Part shown: positions 59,617 through 64,000 of the stretch, piece by piece
Layout of the letters: each line of letters begins with the position of its first letter
Numbering within the stretch: position 1 is the first letter of the stretch
NCBI GenBank assembly: GCA_963828735.1
Contig: CAWHFW010000005.1
Coordinates: forward strand, 1,024,001-1,088,000
Reading direction: 5' to 3'
Length of the DNA: 64,000 nt
DNA from: an uncultured Gemmatimonadales bacterium
GTDB lineage: Bacteria > Gemmatimonadota > Gemmatimonadetes > Gemmatimonadales > GWC2-71-9
Made by a program: the position numbers and the translations under genes
Notes under the pieces: model-generated
Seen by the model: the letters and a program-made list of their open reading frames with translations, nothing else
Databases searched by the model: none
What the model was told of the DNA's origin: nothing

Positions 59617-61338
59617 CTACGCAACGGCGTTTCTGCCCGCGGCCTTGGCCCGGTAGAGCGCGCGGTCCGCGCTCACCAGCAGGTCGCCCTCCGACGGCAC
59701 CCGCGGATCGAACTCGGCGAGGCCGACGCTCACGGTGATGAGCCCCGGCGGATAGCCCAGCCGACGCCCGATCCCCTCGATACCCGCCCGGAGCGCTTCC
59801 GCCACCCGGGCCCCGCCCTGAAGATCGGTGCGGGTCAAGATCACCACGAATTCGTCACCGCCGTAGCGCGCGGCCACGTCCGACGCGCGTACCGCGTTCC
59901 GGATCTCACCCGCCACGGCGCGGAGGACCTCGTTCCCCGCCTCGTGGCCGTACTGGTCGTTCACGTCCTTGAACTTGTCGAGGTCGAGAAACAGGACCGC
60001 GAACCCTTCGTTGCTGCGCTTGCTGCGCTCCACCTCGAACGCCAGCCGGTCGCGCAGCAGCCGGTAGGTCGTGAGCCCCGTCAGCGTGTCCACCGCCGCG
60101 GCCCGCTGCGCCTCCGCCACCCGGCGCTCCTGGTACGGCGTGCACTGCCGCATGCTGGCCCGGCCGAGCACCGCCGCCTCGGCGAACCGCCGGCAGGTGT
60201 CGAACCCGCAGGCCCGGCAGTCCCATGCCTTCCCGTTGGGACCCAGCCCGATCTGCTCCAGCACGCCGCGCACCGCCACGGGGTCCGGCGGGATCCGGCG
60301 CGGCTTGAACGCGAAGGTCGCGCCCACGCTGGCGACCACCCCCGCGTCCACCACCGGCTGCCGGCTCCGCGGAGCCTCCACGCTCGCCAGCAGCTCGCGG
60401 CGCCAGAACAGCCGCTCCTGCGGGCCGGACAGCGGGTGGTCCAGGATCCCCTCGGACGAGAGGATGTCCACGAAGCCCAGGTCCAGCCGGTCCACCGCCA
60501 CCGCCCGCGCCACCGCCGGGAGGGCGTCGAGCCCGCGGATCTTCCGGAACCGCCGGCTCGACTGCCGCGCCTCCTCGAGCAGCGCCAGGGGAAGTCCCCC
60601 GGCCGCGCTCAGGTGCCGTCGGCGCTCCTCCGGCACCCGGTGGAACCAGGTCGGCTGCGACAGCACGTCCACCCCGCGAATGCGGAAGAGCTGGTCGAGA
60701 TCGCCGAACGTGATGGCCGCATCGAGATCAGGGCTGCTGACCGGCGGGCACACCCCCGCGTACGCGATCCTGAGCCCATCCCCGTGCTGAGCCCGCAGAT
60801 ATCGGGCCTCGGCGACCGCCGGGACCGTCACCGGCGCCAGGTAGGGCAGAAGCTCCGGGTACTGCGCCCGCACCGTCTCGACCACGACCGGGTCGGTGGA
60901 CCGGATGAGGGTGCCCCAGGGCTCCTCTTCCCACAGCTTAAGGTATTCAGCCGCAACGAGTTCGTCGCCGATCACCCCTCGGGTGACCGTACGGAACCCC
61001 GCTTCATAGCAGGCGTTGATCAGCTGTTCTGGACTGGCTGGGTAGAAATACGCCACCGATTCGGGGCTCAGGATGAGCACCCCGTCGCCCTGCGAGGCGA
61101 TGGCAAGAGCCCGCCCGATCTCGCCGTTTACCTTGACCGCCCCGTGGGGGCAGGCCGGAAGGCAACGGCCACACCGGATACAGGCCTCGTCCACCACCTG
61201 CAACAGCAACGGATCGTCGCCCGCCACCGCGACCGCATCGGTGGGGCACACTCGCACACACGCGAGGCACGCGACACATAACTCGGCGTCGATGACGAAA
61301 TTCAAGAGACCCGACCGGTCGGGGGCAGGGGGAGCCAT
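59617..61338 (-). CDS. GGDEF cyclase fused to a 2x[4Fe-4S] ferredoxin, a degenerate [FeFe]-hydrogenase-like domain and an FeS domain
   Basis: CVACLACVRVCP, CIRCGRCLPACP, DCRACGFDTC...C; DLDKFKDVNDQYGH, RASD I-site, RYGGDEF. Confidence 0.85.
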   Translation of the reverse strand: MAPPAPDRSGLLNFVIDAELCVACLACVRVCPTDAVAVAGDDPLLLQVVDEACIRCGRCLPACPHGAVKVNGEIGRALAIASQGDGVLILSPESVAYFYPASPEQLINACYEAGFRTVTRGVIGDELVAAEYLKLWEEEPWGTLIRSTDPVVVETVRAQYPELLPYLAPVTVPAVAEARYLRAQHGDGLRIAYAGVCPPVSSPDLDAAITFGDLDQLFRIRGVDVLSQPTWFHRVPEERRRHLSAAGGLPLALLEEARQSSRRFRKIRGLDALPAVARAVAVDRLDLGFVDILSSEGILDHPLSGPQERLFWRRELLASVEAPRSRQPVVDAGVVASVGATFAFKPRRIPPDPVAVRGVLEQIGLGPNGKAWDCRACGFDTCRRFAEAAVLGRASMRQCTPYQERRVAEAQRAAAVDTLTGLTTYRLLRDRLAFEVERSKRSNEGFAVLFLDLDKFKDVNDQYGHEAGNEVLRAVAGEIRNAVRASDVAARYGGDEFVVILTRTDLQGGARVAEALRAGIEGIGRRLGYPPGLITVSVGLAEFDPRVPSEGDLLVSADRALYRAKAAGRNAVA

Positions 61339-61444
61339 CTAGAATGTGACGGGGCACTTGGGACCTGTCAAGAGGCATGCTGGTGTAAAACATTGATACA
61401 GTGCGACTTAGCCGCCGTGACAATTTCGGCGGCCATGAGCTAAA

Positions 61445-62960
<1,516 letters not shown>

Positions 62961-63072
62961 GGGCAGCAAATTAATGCCGTCGCGGGGCCACCGGCTTGAA
63001 ATCGCCTTGACGCCGGGGCGCTAGACATGGGCGCACGTCCCCGACGTCTCCCCCAGCGCGAGGCAGGCTCCC

Positions 63073-64000
63073 ATGGCCAACGGCAGACGCTCGATCACCT
63101 TCATACTCCTCTTCCTGCTCCTCGCGGGGCTGGCCGGGGCCGGCTGCCGCGAGGACGCCGAAGCCCCGACCGCACCGGATGGAGCGCCCGCGCCGGCCCT
63201 CGCCAACGCCTCCACCCTGCTCACCTTCCGCCAGGTGAGCGCGGGCCTGGACCACGTCTGCGGCGTCACCACCGACGACCGGGCCTTCTGTTGGGGCTCG
63301 AACCAGTGGGGCCAGCTCGGCATCGGCACCACCGAGAGCCCGGACGAGTGCAACACCCACCCCTGCAGCGCCCGGCCGGTGGCTGTGGTGGGCGGGCTCC
63401 ACTTCCGCGCCGTGAGCGTGGGGTGGCAGTTCGCCTGCGGCCGCACGACCGACGACCGCCTCTTCTGCTGGGGACGGGACGAGGTCGGCCAACTCGGCGA
63501 CGGCGGGCCGAGCGCCAACAGCACAGTGCCCGTCGAGGTGGCCGGAGGGCGCCACTGGCTGCAGGTGGCCGCGGGCGGCGGGACCGCGTGCGGGATCACC
63601 CTATCGCGCGGCGCATTCTGCTGGGGTGCCAACGACCGGGGCCAGTTCGGCAACGGCACGACCGCGCCGAGCATGGTGCCGACGGCGGTGGCGCGGGGGC
63701 TCGAGTGGGCCCAGCTCACCGGCGGCTTCGCGCACAACTGCGGCATCACGACCGCGCAGCAGGCGTGGTGCTGGGGCCGGAACGACGACGGGCGGCTCGG
63801 CGACGGCACCAAGACGCAGCGGCTCAAGCCCGCTCGGGTGACCGGCGGGCTGCTCTTCGCGCAGATCGAGGCCGGCGTCTCCCACACGTGCGCGGTCACG
63901 ACCGGAAGCCGGGTCTACTGCTGGGGCGCGGGCGCGATCGGCGACGGCACCACCGTGACCACCCACCTCGTGCCCACTGCGGTGCGCAGCACGCGGAGCT
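63073..64000 (+). CDS. RCC1-repeat lipoprotein, runs off the window end
   Basis: MANGRR...LAGAGC signal/lipobox; repeated VSAG..H.CG.T......CWG.N..GQLG units. Confidence 0.85.
   Translation, partial: MANGRRSITFILLFLLLAGLAGAGCREDAEAPTAPDGAPAPALANASTLLTFRQVSAGLDHVCGVTTDDRAFCWGSNQWGQLGIGTTESPDECNTHPCSARPVAVVGGLHFRAVSVGWQFACGRTTDDRLFCWGRDEVGQLGDGGPSANSTVPVEVAGGRHWLQVAAGGGTACGITLSRGAFCWGANDRGQFGNGTTAPSMVPTAVARGLEWAQLTGGFAHNCGITTAQQAWCWGRNDDGRLGDGTKTQRLKPARVTGGLLFAQIEAGVSHTCAVTTGSRVYCWGAGAIGDGTTVTTHLVPTAVRSTRS

Noticed and set aside
59617..61338. Calling the GGDEF fusion a functional [FeFe]-hydrogenase
   Set aside because: H-cluster cysteine motifs are largely missing and no hyd maturase genes are in the window.
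62971..63899. Minus-strand ORFs 62971-63555 and 63021-63899
   Set aside because: Shadows of the plus-strand RCC1-repeat gene starting at 63073, which the ORF track misses because it has no stop inside the window.

Overview
High-GC bacterial DNA whose gene repertoire resembles Gemmatimonadota; this taxonomy is inferred, not proven. The repertoire includes a TIGR02999-type ECF sigma factor next to a Ser/Thr kinase, four kinase-TPR genes, secreted lipoproteins and subtilases, and an RCC1-repeat lipoprotein. Most of the window is accessory. Two non-coding repeat systems stand out. (1) At 23.7-32.9 kb, a module of a sigma70-type promoter (TTGACS-N17-TAHCGT-like) plus a c-di-GMP-I (GEMM) riboswitch is copied five times in full and twice as fragments. 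Each full copy precedes a different small exported protein, amid phage-like remnants such as a terminase C-terminus. One copy carries the G20A change associated with 3',3'-cGAMP sensing. (2) At 38.4-55.0 kb, with one outlier at about 1.05 kb, a family of palindromic sites (CTCTTAACCCC-core-GGGGTTAAGAG with flanking GGTGAAC/GTTCACC boxes) sits between gene modules. The modules carry kinases and defence-like nucleases (SRA-HNH with Nudix, OLD-family nuclease), suggesting a site-specific cassette-accretion hotspot; no recombinase is encoded in the window. The right end holds a cyclic-dinucleotide signalling locus: an unannotated 27-aa peptide before a membrane HD-GYP protein, an FeS/hydrogenase-like GGDEF protein with Asn at the base-specificity position, and a sigma54 activator. 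About eight single-base frameshifts in six otherwise intact genes are probably assembly errors. No tRNA, rRNA or CRISPR array was seen.
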